Assembly: GCA_963801165.1 (NCBI GenBank)
Contig: CAWDDT010000013.1
Location: 64,001-128,000, forward strand
Direction of reading: 5' to 3'
Source of the DNA: an uncultured bacterium
GTDB lineage: Bacteria > Actinomycetota > Acidimicrobiia > Spongiisociales > UBA5794
DNA: 64,000 nucleotides
Shown here: positions 28,822-40,806 of the stretch, piece by piece
Layout of the letters: the number at the start of each line of letters is the position of its first letter
Numbering within the stretch: position 1 is the stretch's first letter
Notes under the pieces: model-generated
The model's database searches: none
Told to the model about the DNA's origin: nothing
The model's input: only the letters and a program-made list of their open reading frames with translations
Position numbers and translations under genes: made by a program

Positions 28822-29925
28822 CTACCGCTTGCGTCGTTTGTGCAGGCGCCGCTTCGGCTCCATCGGCTGTTCGCCCAGGATGGCGGCATAGTCCCGAAGC
28901 GCGTCCTCGGCCTCGGCGGGAAGATCCTGCGGGACGACGATCTCCGTCTCGAGTAGAAGGTCCCCGCGACCGCGCCGTTGCAGCCGGGGCATCCCCTGCT
29001 TGCCCAGCCGGAACACGGTTGCCGACTGGGTGCCGGGCGGTATGTCGACCTCGGTGCTGGACCCGTCGATGAGAGGCACCTCCACCTTCTTCCCGAGGGT
29101 GGCTTCGGCGAGCCCGAGCCGGATCTTGTGATGAAGGTCGTCTCCGATCCTCGTGAAGTTCGGATCGGGGGCAACGCGCACTTGCACGTACAAATCACCC
29201 GGAGGCGCCCCCCGCTCGCCGGCACCACCGCGCCCGGAAAGACGCAGCCTCGTGCCGTCGTCGACGCCTGAGGGTATTTCCACCGTGAACGTGCGTTGGG
29301 CGTCGACCCGCCCCGATCCTGAACAGGTCCGGCACGGACTGTCGATGATCTCGCCCCTACCCCGGCAGGTAGAGCATTGGGTGACGGTCATCATTTGGCC
29401 GAGCATGGTTTGGCGCGCCACTTGAACCTGGCCGGCGCCGTTGCAGGTCGGGCAGCGGCGGGCTTCGTGACCGGGTTCCGCCCCGCTGCCCGTGCACGAT
29501 GGGCAACGTTCCGGCGCAGACACCTCGATGTGCCTGCTGATGCCGGTCGCCGCCTCGGCGAGAGTCAGGTCGACATTGACGCCCACGTCGCTGCCCCTGG
29601 TCGGCGACCGACGTCTGGCACCTCCAAACCCGCCGAAACCGCCGAAACCGCCGCCAAAGAACTGCTGCAGGATCTCGTCGAGACCGCCAAAGCTGCTGAA
29701 CAGGTCGCCGGTTCCGAATTGCTCACCCCGATCGTACGCGGCCCGGCGGTTCGGGTCCGAGAGAACCTCGTAAGCCTCGGCGATCTCGCGGAAACGCGCC
29801 TCTGCTTTCGGATCGTCCGGGTTGGCGTCGGGATGGGTGTCCCGGGCGAGACGGCGGAACGCTTTCTTGATCTCTTCCTGGCTCGCGTCGCGCGCGACAC
29901 CGAGGGCTGCGTAGTAGTCCTTCAT
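28822..29925 (-). CDS. dnaJ: Chaperone DnaJ
   Basis: HPD, G/F-rich region, four CxxCxGxG repeats. Confidence 0.97.
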   Translation of the reverse strand: MKDYYAALGVARDASQEEIKKAFRRLARDTHPDANPDDPKAEARFREIAEAYEVLSDPNRRAAYDRGEQFGTGDLFSSFGGLDEILQQFFGGGFGGFGGFGGARRRSPTRGSDVGVNVDLTLAEAATGISRHIEVSAPERCPSCTGSGAEPGHEARRCPTCNGAGQVQVARQTMLGQMMTVTQCSTCRGRGEIIDSPCRTCSGSGRVDAQRTFTVEIPSGVDDGTRLRLSGRGGAGERGAPPGDLYVQVRVAPDPNFTRIGDDLHHKIRLGLAEATLGKKVEVPLIDGSSTEVDIPPGTQSATVFRLGKQGMPRLQRRGRGDLLLETEIVVPQDLPAEAEDALRDYAAILGEQPMEPKRRLHKRRKR

Positions 29926-30926
29926 GCCCCGAGACTGTCCTCGAGCCCGTCCCCGACTTCTTCGACAATCCGGATCGCTCGCCGGTAGTCCATCCGCATC
30001 GGGCCCAGCACACCGATTCGGCCGCGCCCGGTTCCGCCCACGGTGAACGCGGTCGAAACTACCGCAAAGTCGGCGTCTGGCACATCCGTCTCGGCACCGA
30101 GGCGTACGGATGTCCCTTCACCCTCACTGTCCAGGAGTTGCCGGACGTGCTGGTGCTGTTCGAGGAGCTCGAGCATGGTATGCACCTGAGCCAGGTCCTG
30201 CCACAGCGACGCAAGCTGGCTGGTGCCGCCGACGTACAACTCACGGGTAGCGTCCACAGATGCGCCCACAGCCGCCGAGAGGGCGGTAACGATCGCCTTG
30301 ACCCGATCGGTGAGCTGGTCGGGAGGGATCTCGGCGATCCGCATCACACCGTCGCTGATCGTGGCGCCACGCAGCGCGTCGACGAGCACTTCCTCGGCTT
30401 GATCGAGCTCGTCGCCGGTGGGAGTGATCTGCAGCCTGACGACTTCCTGCCCGACACGGGCCGTCGTCGACGCGATGGTCACCACCATCACCACGGGGCC
30501 GCCGAGCTGCACCAACTGCAGACCCTGGATGATCTCCTCGCCGAACCCTGGTCCGATGACGACCGCCGGGTAGTGTGAAATGTCTGACAGCAGACCACTC
30601 GTCTGGCGCAGCAATTTGCCCAATTCCTCGTGGAAACCGCGGAAAAACACCTCGATCCGCTCCCGCGTCGAGCTCCGCAGCTTGGTAGGAGAGCAGTGGT
30701 CGACGTAGTAGCGGTAACCGGCAGGCGTGGGAACCCGACCCGCGGAAGTATGCGGCTGGGTAACAAACCCGTAGGACTCGAGCTTGGCCAGATCGTTGCG
30801 GATGGTTGCGCTGGAGACATCGACAGAGCATCGCTCCAGGACCGCGCGCGAACTCACGGGCTCCCCGGTTCGGATGTACTCCTCTACCAGCGCCCGGAGA
30901 ACGATGGATCTGCGGTCATCGATCAT
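29922..30926 (-). CDS. hrcA: Heat-inducible repressor HrcA
   Basis: [25 protein letters not shown]. Confidence 0.97.
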   Translation of the reverse strand: MIDDRRSIVLRALVEEYIRTGEPVSSRAVLERCSVDVSSATIRNDLAKLESYGFVTQPHTSAGRVPTPAGYRYYVDHCSPTKLRSSTRERIEVFFRGFHEELGKLLRQTSGLLSDISHYPAVVIGPGFGEEIIQGLQLVQLGGPVVMVVTIASTTARVGQEVVRLQITPTGDELDQAEEVLVDALRGATISDGVMRIAEIPPDQLTDRVKAIVTALSAAVGASVDATRELYVGGTSQLASLWQDLAQVHTMLELLEQHQHVRQLLDSEGEGTSVRLGAETDVPDADFAVVSTAFTVGGTGRGRIGVLGPMRMDYRRAIRIVEEVGDGLEDSLGA

Positions 30927-30935
30927 CTACCGAAT

Positions 30936-30962
30936 TTAGCACTCTCCCACTGAGAGTGATAA
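30936..30962. promoter_or_regulatory. CIRCE element
   Basis: TTAGCACTC-N9-GAGTGATAA, one mismatch, 10 bp upstream of hrcA. Confidence 0.93.
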
Positions 30963-31041
30963 GAACCCCGTCCGGATATGGGCTTGTTCTTCGGGGCGAA
31001 TGTCGCACTGAGTGCCCACGGCGAGGTACCGTCTGTGGTTG

Positions 31042-33076
31042 ATGGCAAAGCTTCAGGAAAGGGCCTTCGGGCAGATTCAACGGGGCAGCCCGAGCAGGTT
31101 CGTCGGTGCGTCGCTTGTGGTCGGGATACTCGTCGGCATAGGGGCCGCGGCCCTCGTGAGGACAATCGAGGGTGTGGTGACGGTCGTCAACCACCTCGAA
31201 AAGGCCGCAGGCACCAGACTGGTCGTCGCTGCCGCCGTGATCATCGGTCTCGTCCTCACCTGGGTGGTCGACCGCTTCCTCGGGCCCGGGGTCGCCGGCG
31301 GTGGTGTCGGCGAGGTGCTGACGTCGCTATCGCTCGAGGCCGGCTACCTCCCGAGCCGACTCGTCCCCGGCAAGGTCATCGCCACCGCGTTGAGCCTGGG
31401 GACCGGTGCATCTGGTGGCCGGGAGGGCCCGATAGTCCTCATCGGTGCCGCCATCGGATCTTCGTTCGCCCGCTCCAGCCGCTTCGGGCAGGACGAGATG
31501 CAGGCTCTGGTGGCGGCCGGCGCGGGTGCGGGCATCGGTGCTGTATTCAACGCCCCGATCGCAGGCATGCTGTTCGCTCTCGAGGTGCTCCTGGGATCGG
31601 TAGCTCTGCGCCACCTCAACTCTGTGGTTGTTGTATCAGTCGCCGCGTCGGTCACTACCCACGCCATCCTCGGCGAGGACTCGTTCCTGCGCAGCCCCGC
31701 TTACACCCTCGGCAACCCGTCAACCCAATCGAGCGTCTCCTATATCGTCGACCCGCAACAGCTCGTTCTGTTCGCGTTGCTTGCCGTCGTCATCGTGGCT
31801 TTTGGCTACGGCTTTCTGGAGATGATGCACCTCGCCGAAACCAGAGCGAATCGGTTCAGCCTCGGCTGGGTGAAGCCTGCGCTGGCCGGGCTCATCGTCG
31901 GAGTCATCGGGCTGGCACGACCCGAAGCACTCGGAACCGGTCAGGAATTCCTGCGCACGATGCTTCGCTCGATCGAGCCGGGGAGTCTCAGCTGGACCTT
32001 GTTGACGGTAATCGCAATCAGCAAGATCGTGACGGCGGCGATCACCCACGGTGGCGGTGGCAGCGTCGGCGCTTTCATGCCATCGATGGTCATCGGTGGC
32101 ACCATCGGAGCGGGCTTTGCGCTCGTCGCCGCCCACTTCTGGACGTCATCGGTCGTGTACCCCGGTGCCTATGCCCTCATCGGCATGGCGGCGATGCTCA
32201 CCGTTGTGGTGCGGGCACCGCTGACGGCGATCCTGCTCGTGTTCGAGCTCACCGGCTCATACGGGATGGTGGTTCCGCTGATGCTGGCCTCGATCATCGC
32301 GACCATCATCGCCGACCGGATCCACCCTGGAAGCACCTACATATCGGCGTTGCGCACGAAGGGGATCCACCTCCCCCAGCATGAGGACCGCGACGTGCTC
32401 GACACCGTGCAGGTCCGCGATGTGATGGCGTGGGTGCCGACGGTCAGCTCGACCTCGAGCGTTGCCGAGCTCCAAGCGCTGCTGGCCGAGACGAGCCACC
32501 ACGGTGTCCCGGTTGTCGACGCCACGGAAGCACTCGTCGGCATCGTCACTGTGTCGGACGTCGAAGCGATGTCGTTGATGGACGACACCACCGAAATCCC
32601 GGTGGCGTCGATCATGACCCACCAGCCGATCTCGGCGTCTCCCGCCATGCCGGTGTCGGCTGCACTGGCCAGGATGGCCTCGCTGGGTCTGGGCCGCCTC
32701 CCCGTCGTCGACGAGACCGGCAAGCTCGTCGGGATGTTCCGTCGCGAGTCGGTCGTACGCGCCTACCACCACGCGCTCGACGCGGTCAACGAGCAACGAG
32801 CTGTACCGGGCGCGGGTCAACCTGCGCACAAATCGTCATGCCGACTTCTTCGAGGTCACCGTGCGCGACGGATCGCCGGTGGCCGACAAGATGGTGCGTG
32901 AGATCTCCTGGCCACCGGAGGCGACGCTCGTTTCGATCCGGCGTCAGCAGAGCGTGATCATCCCGCATGGCGAAACGGTTGTCCGAATGGGTGACGAGCT
33001 CACGATCTTCTGCCAGGTGCCCAACCGAACGGCCGTCCGCAACATGATCCGACCCCCGGTGATCGGGGATAAGTGA
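31042..33076 (+). CDS. ClC chloride channel with CBS and TrkA-C domains, frameshift near 32790
   Basis: GREGP, FNAPIAG, GAFMP, CBS pair; the TrkA-C part continues in another frame (32861-33076). Confidence 0.88.
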
Positions 33077-33110
33077 GATCCCATCCGGTCCGAGATCCCA
33101 TCCGGTTCGC

Positions 33111-34256
33111 TCACCACTCTCCCAGCAGCTCACGGGCTACCGCATCGGTAAGCAGGGGGTTGGGTACGACCAGCCGATCACCGGCGAGCGTCACAACACC
33201 GGCGTCGAGGAGACGCCGCCCGGGTGCCGCGTCGAGGAACCGACGCCCCAGCTCACCCGCACGCACCCCGGCGCTGCGACGAAGACCGACGAAGAGACGC
33301 TCCCTTTCCATTTCGACGCCGGTGAGCATCTCGGTGCCGGCGATGGGTCGCAGCCCGGCTTCGATTGACTCGAGATACCGGTCGAGCCGGCGTACGTTGC
33401 GCGACCGAACTCCATCCCGGAACCCGTGGGCACCGGTGCCGAAGGCCACGTACTCGCCGTGCGCCCAGGTCGTCTGGTTGTAGCGGCAGGTATGGCCGGG
33501 TCGGGCCCAGTTCGACACTTCGTAGCGGACCAGCCCTGCGGACGGGGCAAGGGCGGCGAAGTGCTCGTACTTGTCGGCCTGGTCGTCGTTGTCCGGGCCC
33601 GGGGCACCGGCATCCACCGCCCGCGATAGCTCGGTGCCCCGCTCGACGGTGAGCGCATATGTCGATACGTGATCCGGCTCCAGCTCGAGCGCACTCGCGA
33701 CGGTGCCTGCCCAGGACGCGACAGACTCAACCGGCGACCCGAAGATCAGGTCGATGTTCGTCGAGGGGATCCCCGCGTGCCTGGCGGCCATGACGGCCCG
33801 AGCCCCCTGCCCGGGCGTGTGCCGGCGGCCGAGATAGCGCAGCACATCTTCATCGAACGACTGCACGCCGAGCGAGACCCGGTTGACCCCGGCTCCCGCC
33901 AGCGCGACCGCATACTCGCTGTTCCAGTCCTCGGGATTCGCTTCGATGCTCACCTCCGCCCCCGGAACAAGCCCGAAGCGATCGGCGACGGCATCGAGCA
34001 GCGACGCTATCTGGCGTGGTTCGAGGGCGGAGGGGGTACCGCCGCCCAGATTCACTGCATGCAAAGGCCCCCACTCCGGTTCCATCTTTATCTCGTCCCG
34101 CAGCGCACTGACATACCGGTCGAAATCGTTTGAGCCTCGCGATAGGTCGACCACTGCAAAGTCGCAGTACGGACACTTGCGCCTGCAGAACGGGATGTGG
34201 AGATAGGCGGCTCGCTCGGTGGCGGCGGCGTCGACCGGGTGCCGCCCGCTATTCAT
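33111..34256 (-). CDS. hemW: Radical SAM heme chaperone HemW
   Basis: [28 protein letters not shown]; downstream of lepA. Confidence 0.93.
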   Translation of the reverse strand: MNSGRHPVDAAATERAAYLHIPFCRRKCPYCDFAVVDLSRGSNDFDRYVSALRDEIKMEPEWGPLHAVNLGGGTPSALEPRQIASLLDAVADRFGLVPGAEVSIEANPEDWNSEYAVALAGAGVNRVSLGVQSFDEDVLRYLGRRHTPGQGARAVMAARHAGIPSTNIDLIFGSPVESVASWAGTVASALELEPDHVSTYALTVERGTELSRAVDAGAPGPDNDDQADKYEHFAALAPSAGLVRYEVSNWARPGHTCRYNQTTWAHGEYVAFGTGAHGFRDGVRSRNVRRLDRYLESIEAGLRPIAGTEMLTGVEMERERLFVGLRRSAGVRAGELGRRFLDAAPGRRLLDAGVVTLAGDRLVVPNPLLTDAVARELLGEW

Positions 34257-36051
34257 CTATGCGCAGCGCAGAGATGAAGGCCTCCTGGGGAACCTCCACC
34301 TGACCCACCATCTTCATCCGCCGTTTGCCTTCCTTCTGCCGTTCGAGCAGCTTGCGTTTCCGGGTGATGTCACCCCCGTAGCACTTGGCCGTCACGTCCT
34401 TGCGCTGGGCCTTGATCGTCTCTCTCGCAATGATCCTGCTCCCGACCGCAGCCTGGATCGGTACGTCGAAGAGTTGCCTCGGAATGAGCTGACGCAAACG
34501 CTCCACCATGGCCTTGCCGTACCGGTACGACCTCTCCCTGTGGACTATCGACGAGAACGCATCGACCGGTATGCCGTTGAGCAAGATGTTGACCCGAACC
34601 AGATCGGACGTCCGGTAGTCGCCCGGCTCGTAATCCATCGACGCGTACCCGCGGGTCCGCGACTTGAGCTGGTCGAAGAAGTCGAAGACGATCTCAGCCA
34701 GCGGCACCTTGTAGTGCAGCTCGACCCGTTCGGGGGTCAGATACGTCATGTCGCCCATCTCGCCACGTCGCTGCTGGATGAGCTCCATGACGGTGCCAAC
34801 GTACTGTGCCGGCGTGATGATCATGACCTTGACGTACGGTTCCGCGATGCTCTCGAGAACCTGTGGTCCCGGCAGGTCCTGCGGGGACCGAATCTGGAGC
34901 GTCGCGCCGTCGGTGAGATGTGCCTGGTATTCCACAGAGGGGGCGGTCGACACCAGGTCGAGGTCGTACTCGCGCTCCAGACGCTCCCTGACGATCTCCA
35001 TGTGGAGCAGACCGAGGAACCCGCAGCGGAACCCGAAGCCCAATGCACGTGAGGTCTCGGGCTGGTAGACGAGGGAGGAGTCGTTGAGCCGTAGCTTCTC
35101 GAGCGCTTCTCGTAGCCGCTCGAAGTCATCGCCGTCGGTCGGGAACAGGCCCGAGAACACCATCGGCTTCGGCTCCTGGTAGCCGGGCAGCGCCTTGTCG
35201 GCATGCTCGGCGACCCCGGTAACCGTATCGCCAACCCTGATCAGGTCGATCTCCTTCACGCCGGTGATCAGGAAACCTACCTCGCCGGTCGTGAGTCGCT
35301 TCACCGGTATTGGGCGGGGCGTGAGCACGCCGATCTCCTCGGACGACTCGACGAGGTCTGCGGCCATGAACCGGATCTGCTGATCGACCTCCATTTCGCC
35401 ATCAACGATACGGACCGAGCAGACCACCCCCCGATAGGTGTCGTAGTGGCTATCGAACACGAGCGAGCGCAGCGGGCCGCCGGGATCTCCAGCGGGAGGC
35501 GGCAGCTTGGCCACGATCGCCTCGAGAAGATCGGCCACACCCTCGCCGCTTTTCGCCGACACCCGGATGACGTCATCTTCGGACCCGCCCACGATCCCGA
35601 TCAACTCGGCCGCCACCCGATCCGGGTCGGCCGAGGGAAGATCGATCTTGTTGACCACGGGGATGATCTCGAGCCCGTTTTCGATTGCCAGGTATGCGTT
35701 TGCGAGCGTCTGCGCCTCGACACCCTGCGCCGCGTCGACCAGCAGGAGGGCCCCTTCGCAAGCCGCCAGGCTGCGCGACACCTCATACGAGAAGTCCACA
35801 TGCCCGGGTGTGTCTATCAGGTTCAGTGTGTAGGTATGGCCGTCCCTGGCCCGGTACTGGAGACGCACGGCGTTTGCCTTGATGGTGATGCCGCGTTCTC
35901 GCTCCAGATCCATGGTGTCGAGAAGTTGCTCTCGCATGTCCCGCGCCTCGACAGCGCCGGTCGCTTCGAGAAGACGATCGGCCAGAGTCGACTTGCCGTG
36001 GTCGATGTGCGCAATGATCGAGAAGTTGCGAATGCGCGATTGGTCAGTCAT
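34249..36051 (-). CDS. lepA: Elongation factor 4
   Basis: [36 protein letters not shown]. Confidence 0.98.
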   Translation of the reverse strand: MTDQSRIRNFSIIAHIDHGKSTLADRLLEATGAVEARDMREQLLDTMDLERERGITIKANAVRLQYRARDGHTYTLNLIDTPGHVDFSYEVSRSLAACEGALLLVDAAQGVEAQTLANAYLAIENGLEIIPVVNKIDLPSADPDRVAAELIGIVGGSEDDVIRVSAKSGEGVADLLEAIVAKLPPPAGDPGGPLRSLVFDSHYDTYRGVVCSVRIVDGEMEVDQQIRFMAADLVESSEEIGVLTPRPIPVKRLTTGEVGFLITGVKEIDLIRVGDTVTGVAEHADKALPGYQEPKPMVFSGLFPTDGDDFERLREALEKLRLNDSSLVYQPETSRALGFGFRCGFLGLLHMEIVRERLEREYDLDLVSTAPSVEYQAHLTDGATLQIRSPQDLPGPQVLESIAEPYVKVMIITPAQYVGTVMELIQQRRGEMGDMTYLTPERVELHYKVPLAEIVFDFFDQLKSRTRGYASMDYEPGDYRTSDLVRVNILLNGIPVDAFSSIVHRERSYRYGKAMVERLRQLIPRQLFDVPIQAAVGSRIIARETIKAQRKDVTAKCYGGDITRKRKLLERQKEGKRRMKMVGQVEVPQEAFISALRIDE

Positions 36052-36158
36052 GGATTCCTGGGGTCGCACGGCGAGCTGAGGGGAGCGGGCATTGTACCTG
36101 TTCAGCGGTGCTGCTATTGTTCCGGCGTTCCTCCCAAACCTCAGAGGTCTTTTTTCGC

Positions 36159-36425
36159 ATGGCCAACATCGAATCACAAAAGAAACGCAACCGGCAGAAC
36201 GAGATTGCACGTCTTCGCAACCGTGGGATGCGATCCGAGCTCAAGACTCGTGCCCGCACCACCCTCGAAGCCGCCGGAGCAGGCGATGCCGAGGCTGCCG
36301 AGACCGCACTGCGCCAGGCGCAGCGGCGCATCGACATGGCTGCCAGCAAGGGACTCCTTCACAAGAGGACCGCGGCCCGTCGCAAGTCTCGTCTTGCCAA
36401 GCAGGTTGCCAAGAGCCGCGACTGA
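36159..36425 (+). CDS. rpsT: 30S ribosomal protein S20
   Basis: [26 protein letters not shown]. Confidence 0.97.
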   Translation: MANIESQKKRNRQNEIARLRNRGMRSELKTRARTTLEAAGAGDAEAAETALRQAQRRIDMAASKGLLHKRTAARRKSRLAKQVAKSRD

Positions 36426-36435
36426 CTCGACATCT

Positions 36436-36909
36436 ATGAGTGAGACAACCTGGCTGACACCGGCCGCTCATGCCAAGCTGGTGGAAGAATTCGAACACCT
36501 GACCACCGACGGTCGCATTGCGATCGAGAAGCGGATCGCTGAAGCGCGCGAGCACGGCGATCTGCGCGAGAACGCTGAATACGACACGGCCAAGAACGAC
36601 CAGGGTCTCATGGAGGCCCGGATCCGTCAGATCAAGCACATCCTCGAGAACTCCGAGGTGCGCAGCGCCGAGGACTCCGGAAAAGTGGAGGTCGGCACCG
36701 TGGTCACGGTTGTGGACGAAGACGGCGATGAGATGGACTATTTCATCGCCCCGGCTGAGAACAAGGTGGCCGGATTCATCCTCGCCTCACCGACCAGCCC
36801 GGTCGGCTCGGCGTTGCTCGGCGCGGTACCGGGAGACACCCGGTCCTACCAGGCCCCGGGCGGCACGTTCACCATGACGGTCAAGAGCGTCCGCGTCTTC
36901 GATGGCTAG
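36436..36909 (+). CDS. greA: Transcription elongation factor GreA
   Basis: AREHGDLRENAEY, SPTSPVGSALLG; real start ATG 36436. Confidence 0.95.
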   Translation: MSETTWLTPAAHAKLVEEFEHLTTDGRIAIEKRIAEAREHGDLRENAEYDTAKNDQGLMEARIRQIKHILENSEVRSAEDSGKVEVGTVVTVVDEDGDEMDYFIAPAENKVAGFILASPTSPVGSALLGAVPGDTRSYQAPGGTFTMTVKSVRVFDG

Positions 36910-36975
36910 TGACTCGAACGGCATCGTTGCCGAGTTCGGCGAACTAGTCACGAGGGATCATTCCACAATAACCCT

Positions 36976-37002
36976 TTAACCACCGCGTCGAACTGCCGAC
37001 AG
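36976..37002 (+). promoter_or_regulatory. Candidate sigma28 (FliA/WhiG-type) promoter
   Basis: TTAA-15 nt-GCCGACAG against consensus TAAA-N15-GCCGATAA. Confidence 0.5.
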
Positions 37003-37037
37003 GTCTCCTGAGAAGACATCACGATACAGGTGGCCTC

Positions 37038-37646
37038 ATGACACGGTTCCTCCATAGGCTACGCAGCCAAACCGGCGCATCCCTCGTTGAGTACGCCCTG
37101 ATCGCATCGCTCGTGCTTCTCCCTTCGGTTGCCGCGATGAACGCCATCGCCAGCACCATGAACACCCAGTTCGACAACATCGAGGACAACGCCGCCAGCG
37201 CCGGTCACGGCACGACAACGACCCTGGGCGCGGGGACCACGACGAGCACCAGCACTACGTCGGCTCCGAGCAGCACCACCTCGACGACCACCACTACAAC
37301 GACCACCCTGCCGCCGACGACCACCACCACTACAACGACCCTGCCGCCGACGACCACCACCACTACAACGACCCTGCCGCCGACGACCACCACCACTACG
37401 ACGACGACAACCGCCGCCCCCAACCAGGAGCAGACGGTGAGCACCTCGGCAGGGGCCTTCACCATCAAAGTCGTCAACGGCACGATCACGCTGGCGGACT
37501 ACAGCCTCAACTGGGGCTGGACCGGCAGCTACTACTACCAGACCGACGGCACGATGGTCATCAACCTGTACCGCAACTACGGCGGTCACGTCACGGTAAA
37601 GTCGTGGCTCGACAGCTACGGCACCCTCCATATCGACACCTGGTAG
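37038..37646 (+). CDS. Flp-type prepilin fused to a Thr/Pro linker and C-terminal domain
   Basis: G/ASLVEYAL cleavage motif, hydrophobic helix, poly-Thr linker, aromatic-rich C-terminus. Confidence 0.8.
   Translation: MTRFLHRLRSQTGASLVEYALIASLVLLPSVAAMNAIASTMNTQFDNIEDNAASAGHGTTTTLGAGTTTSTSTTSAPSSTTSTTTTTTTTLPPTTTTTTTTLPPTTTTTTTTLPPTTTTTTTTTTAAPNQEQTVSTSAGAFTIKVVNGTITLADYSLNWGWTGSYYYQTDGTMVINLYRNYGGHVTVKSWLDSYGTLHIDTW
37308..37406 (+). repeat. 33-bp coding tandem repeat x3 (LPPTTTTTTTT)
   Basis: CTGCCGCCGACGACCACCACCACTACAACGACC at 37308, 37341 and 37374 (third copy slightly diverged). Confidence 0.88.
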
Positions 37647-37649
37647 CCG

Positions 37650-38636
37650 TTACCGGCGCCGCCCCCCGTACCAGCGGCACATCGCCACGGTCAGCCGTTC
37701 CATGGTCACCCGATGAGTCGTTTCTGGTGCGGTCTTGAGTTGCAGATCGGCTCGCGCCAGGGCACCGAGAGCCAGCTTCAGGTCCGACCCGCGGATCCTG
37801 CTGCGTTGCTTCCACACCTTCTCCATCCCCCAGCCGGCCCTCCCTCCATCCCACTCGAGAAAAGTCTCATAGTCGGGGGCAGCCGCCGCCAGCGCCCGCC
37901 GTCTCACATCGTTCTGCAGAAACGCCAGCAGCTGCAATGGGTGGCTGTGCTCGAGGAAGTCCGCCAGCCGGCGCAGGGCGTCCCCCTGGTTCCCCCCGAC
38001 CACCGCATCTGCGTAGTGCCACATGGGCTCGTCGGGACGGTTCTTGAAACGGCTGCGTACCAGGTCGGCGTCGATATCCGGGCCCTCCACCGCCAGCTGG
38101 TCGAGGGCCTGGCCCAGGGCAGCAACATCGGTCCCGAACCGCTGCAGGAGGATCGACGTTGCCTCGGAATCCATCCTGAGGCCACGATCGCGGGTGGCAC
38201 GTCCCAGCCACTCCCCGGCAGTGCGCTCATTGATGCGCTTCACCTCGATCGTCTCTCCACGCTTTCGCAACAGCGACCCCAGCGGGGCGGGAATCGAACC
38301 GGCGGCCAAGAACACGGCGACGGCCTCGGTGGACATCTCCAGCAGTTCGGCGATAACGGTCGCCTCGGCCTTCAGCAGCGCCTGCGCATCCACGACCAGC
38401 ACCCCGGCGGCGCCGCCGAACAGCGAACCACTCTGCAGGGCAGGGACGATCTCCTGGACCGCCACCCGCATTGTGGCGTCCTCACCGTCGCCGGTGGCAC
38501 CCTTGGCGGGGACATCGATGCGGATCGGGTCGTCGACTCCGAGCTGACTCAGCGCCCGGGCCGCTTGCTCCATCATGATGTCGCGCTCGCCCGGCCCCAT
38601 CTCTCTCGGCCCGGCAATGACGACCAGTGGCTTCAT
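37650..38636 (-). CDS. holA: DNA polymerase III delta subunit
   Basis: SLFGG, GTDVAALGQALDQL, ADLQLK; comEA-comEC-holA order. Confidence 0.85.
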   Translation of the reverse strand: MKPLVVIAGPREMGPGERDIMMEQAARALSQLGVDDPIRIDVPAKGATGDGEDATMRVAVQEIVPALQSGSLFGGAAGVLVVDAQALLKAEATVIAELLEMSTEAVAVFLAAGSIPAPLGSLLRKRGETIEVKRINERTAGEWLGRATRDRGLRMDSEATSILLQRFGTDVAALGQALDQLAVEGPDIDADLVRSRFKNRPDEPMWHYADAVVGGNQGDALRRLADFLEHSHPLQLLAFLQNDVRRRALAAAAPDYETFLEWDGGRAGWGMEKVWKQRSRIRGSDLKLALGALARADLQLKTAPETTHRVTMERLTVAMCRWYGGRRR

Positions 38637-38671
38637 GGCGCCGAGCGTAGCTGGCACAGGTGACACGAGTG

Positions 38672-40750
38672 TCAACCCAGGGGAATGACGATGTCGCCCA
38701 GATCCCAGGTGGTGAGTACCCGGGCCCCGCTCGTCTCGAGAACGGCCAGTGTCTCCGGTGCCGGGTGGCCGTACGTGTTGGGCCCGACGCTGATGACGGC
38801 CACCGGGCCGACCGTCTCTGCCAGCCACTCCGGGTCCGTGGTCGCCGCCCCGTGATGTGGCACCAGAAGTATGTCGGGATGCTGCGGCCCGATGGTCTTC
38901 TGTGCGGTCGCCTCCATGTCGCCGGGAAGGAGCACGGTGAGCCCGCCGCTGCTGACGAACAGGGCCACCGACCCGTCGTTGTCCGTTGCATAGCGACGGA
39001 CCGGGTTGAGAACGTCGAGCCGGAAATCCCCGATCCTGGCGCCGTCCCCCGCTTGCACGTGGTCCACAGGCACACCGTGCTCGACGGCGGCAGCGATGAT
39101 GTCGTCGAGTATCGCCCCCGTCGTTGCGAACTCGGGGACCCAGAGGCGACCGACGGTGATGGTGCCGGGAAGGTCGGCCAGCCCACCGACGTGGTCGGCA
39201 TCCCCATGTGACGCGACCACCAGGTCGATACGACCGATGCCGTAGCGGCGCAAGGCCTCGCGCAGAACCTGCGGCTCCCGCCCCCCGTCCATGAGCACCA
39301 CTGCTCCAGTCGGGTCGCGCAGCAGCACCGCATCACCCTGACCGACGTCGATGAACACTACGGTCGGTACCGGAGGGAGCCCGGGCGGCAACATCGCTAC
39401 GACCGCCACGATGATGACGACGACAGCGGCCGCCCATTTCACCTTCGCCCAACGCACTGCTCCCACGAGCACCGCCAGGCCGGCCGTCTGCGCGGCATCT
39501 AGCTGGGGCCACTCTCCCACCGTTCTCGCTACCTCGAGAATCCATCCGGCAACCAGGCCGGCGAGGCGAACGGGCACATCCCACCCGAGCACCGCGCCCA
39601 CGCCTGCGAACGCGGTCGCCGTGGTGACCAACGGTGCCGCGATCAGGTTGGCAACCGGCGCCAGGAGAGGCACAGTTCCGAAGTGCAGCAGCACCAGCGG
39701 GGCAACTGCCACCTGAGCCGACAGCGTTGCCGCAAGCAGGGTCCACACGAATTTTGGAGAGCGGCCGGGCCACAGCCTCGCTCCGACGAGGACACCAGCC
39801 GTTGCGGCCGCCGACAGTTGGAAGCCGACGTCGTAGCTCAAATCCCCCGACACTGCGAGCAAGATGGCGACCGCACCGCCCAGAGCTATCCATGCGTCTA
39901 CGACGATGCCGAGCGCACGCCCACCGAGAACGAGCGAGGCCATCGTCGCCGCACGGATCACCGACGGTTCCCATCGGGTGGCGACGACGAACACGGCGAG
40001 TACGACGAGACCGGTGACAGCCCTGATGCGGGTGCCGGCCCCGGTCGGCCCCAGCACCAACCACCAGGCACCAAGGACCAGAGCCACATTGCTGCCGGAG
40101 ACGGCGACGTAGTGGGTCAAGCCGGCCCGTCGTAGCGCTTCGGTGTCCGATCGCGGCAGATCGGCGACATCACCGATCAGGAACCCGCGCAGCAGCGCTG
40201 CCTCCGCCGACGCGCCGAGCGGTCCGATCTGTGTCTGCACGCGGCGCCTGATCGCGTTGCCGGCAACCATCACCGGCGACGACGACGCTCCCAGCACAGT
40301 GACGGATCGAGCCGCGATCGCCCCGGCGACCGGGTCACCGCGGATGAGATCCGGCTTCGGGCGCACCATACCCGAAACCGAAACGTGGTCTCCGGCGACG
40401 ACGTCGCCCACATCGGTGGTCACGGCAATCGCCGGACCTGCCCAGCTGCTCTCCGCCCACGCCGTCTCCCAGCCGACGGGATGGAGCACAAACCGGTACG
40501 ACGAGCCGTAGGGCATCGCATCGGTGACGGCCACACCGGTCAGGACTCCCCGTCCAGACGGCAAACCCGCCTCGAGCGTCGCGGTGCGCCGCTCCGCGGC
40601 CGCAACCCCCGAGAGCATCCCGACACCGAGCACCCCGATCAGCAACAGCACCCGGCTACGGCCGATGAGAGAGCCCGCCAGCCCGAGCCCGATCAGCGCC
40701 CACCCCACGCCTGGACCCAGAAACGCACCAGCCAGTGCTCCGACCCACAT
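38672..40750 (-). CDS. comEC: Competence channel ComEC/Rec2
   Basis: HYVAVSGSN, PSVIRA, GFQLS, DVGQGD, SHGDADH, PHHG, NTYGHP. Confidence 0.95.
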   Translation of the reverse strand: MWVGALAGAFLGPGVGWALIGLGLAGSLIGRSRVLLLIGVLGVGMLSGVAAAERRTATLEAGLPSGRGVLTGVAVTDAMPYGSSYRFVLHPVGWETAWAESSWAGPAIAVTTDVGDVVAGDHVSVSGMVRPKPDLIRGDPVAGAIAARSVTVLGASSSPVMVAGNAIRRRVQTQIGPLGASAEAALLRGFLIGDVADLPRSDTEALRRAGLTHYVAVSGSNVALVLGAWWLVLGPTGAGTRIRAVTGLVVLAVFVVATRWEPSVIRAATMASLVLGGRALGIVVDAWIALGGAVAILLAVSGDLSYDVGFQLSAAATAGVLVGARLWPGRSPKFVWTLLAATLSAQVAVAPLVLLHFGTVPLLAPVANLIAAPLVTTATAFAGVGAVLGWDVPVRLAGLVAGWILEVARTVGEWPQLDAAQTAGLAVLVGAVRWAKVKWAAAVVVIIVAVVAMLPPGLPPVPTVVFIDVGQGDAVLLRDPTGAVVLMDGGREPQVLREALRRYGIGRIDLVVASHGDADHVGGLADLPGTITVGRLWVPEFATTGAILDDIIAAAVEHGVPVDHVQAGDGARIGDFRLDVLNPVRRYATDNDGSVALFVSSGGLTVLLPGDMEATAQKTIGPQHPDILLVPHHGAATTDPEWLAETVGPVAVISVGPNTYGHPAPETLAVLETSGARVLTTWDLGDIVIPLG

Positions 40751-40806
40751 GACGATCGCCGTGGCGACTACCGCCCGTGATCGACCCTGTGGCAGGTTGA
40801 GCCGGC

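Noticed and set aside
35203-36435. 568-aa extended GreA
   Set aside because: The extension overlaps lepA and rpsT; GreA similarity begins at ATG 36436.
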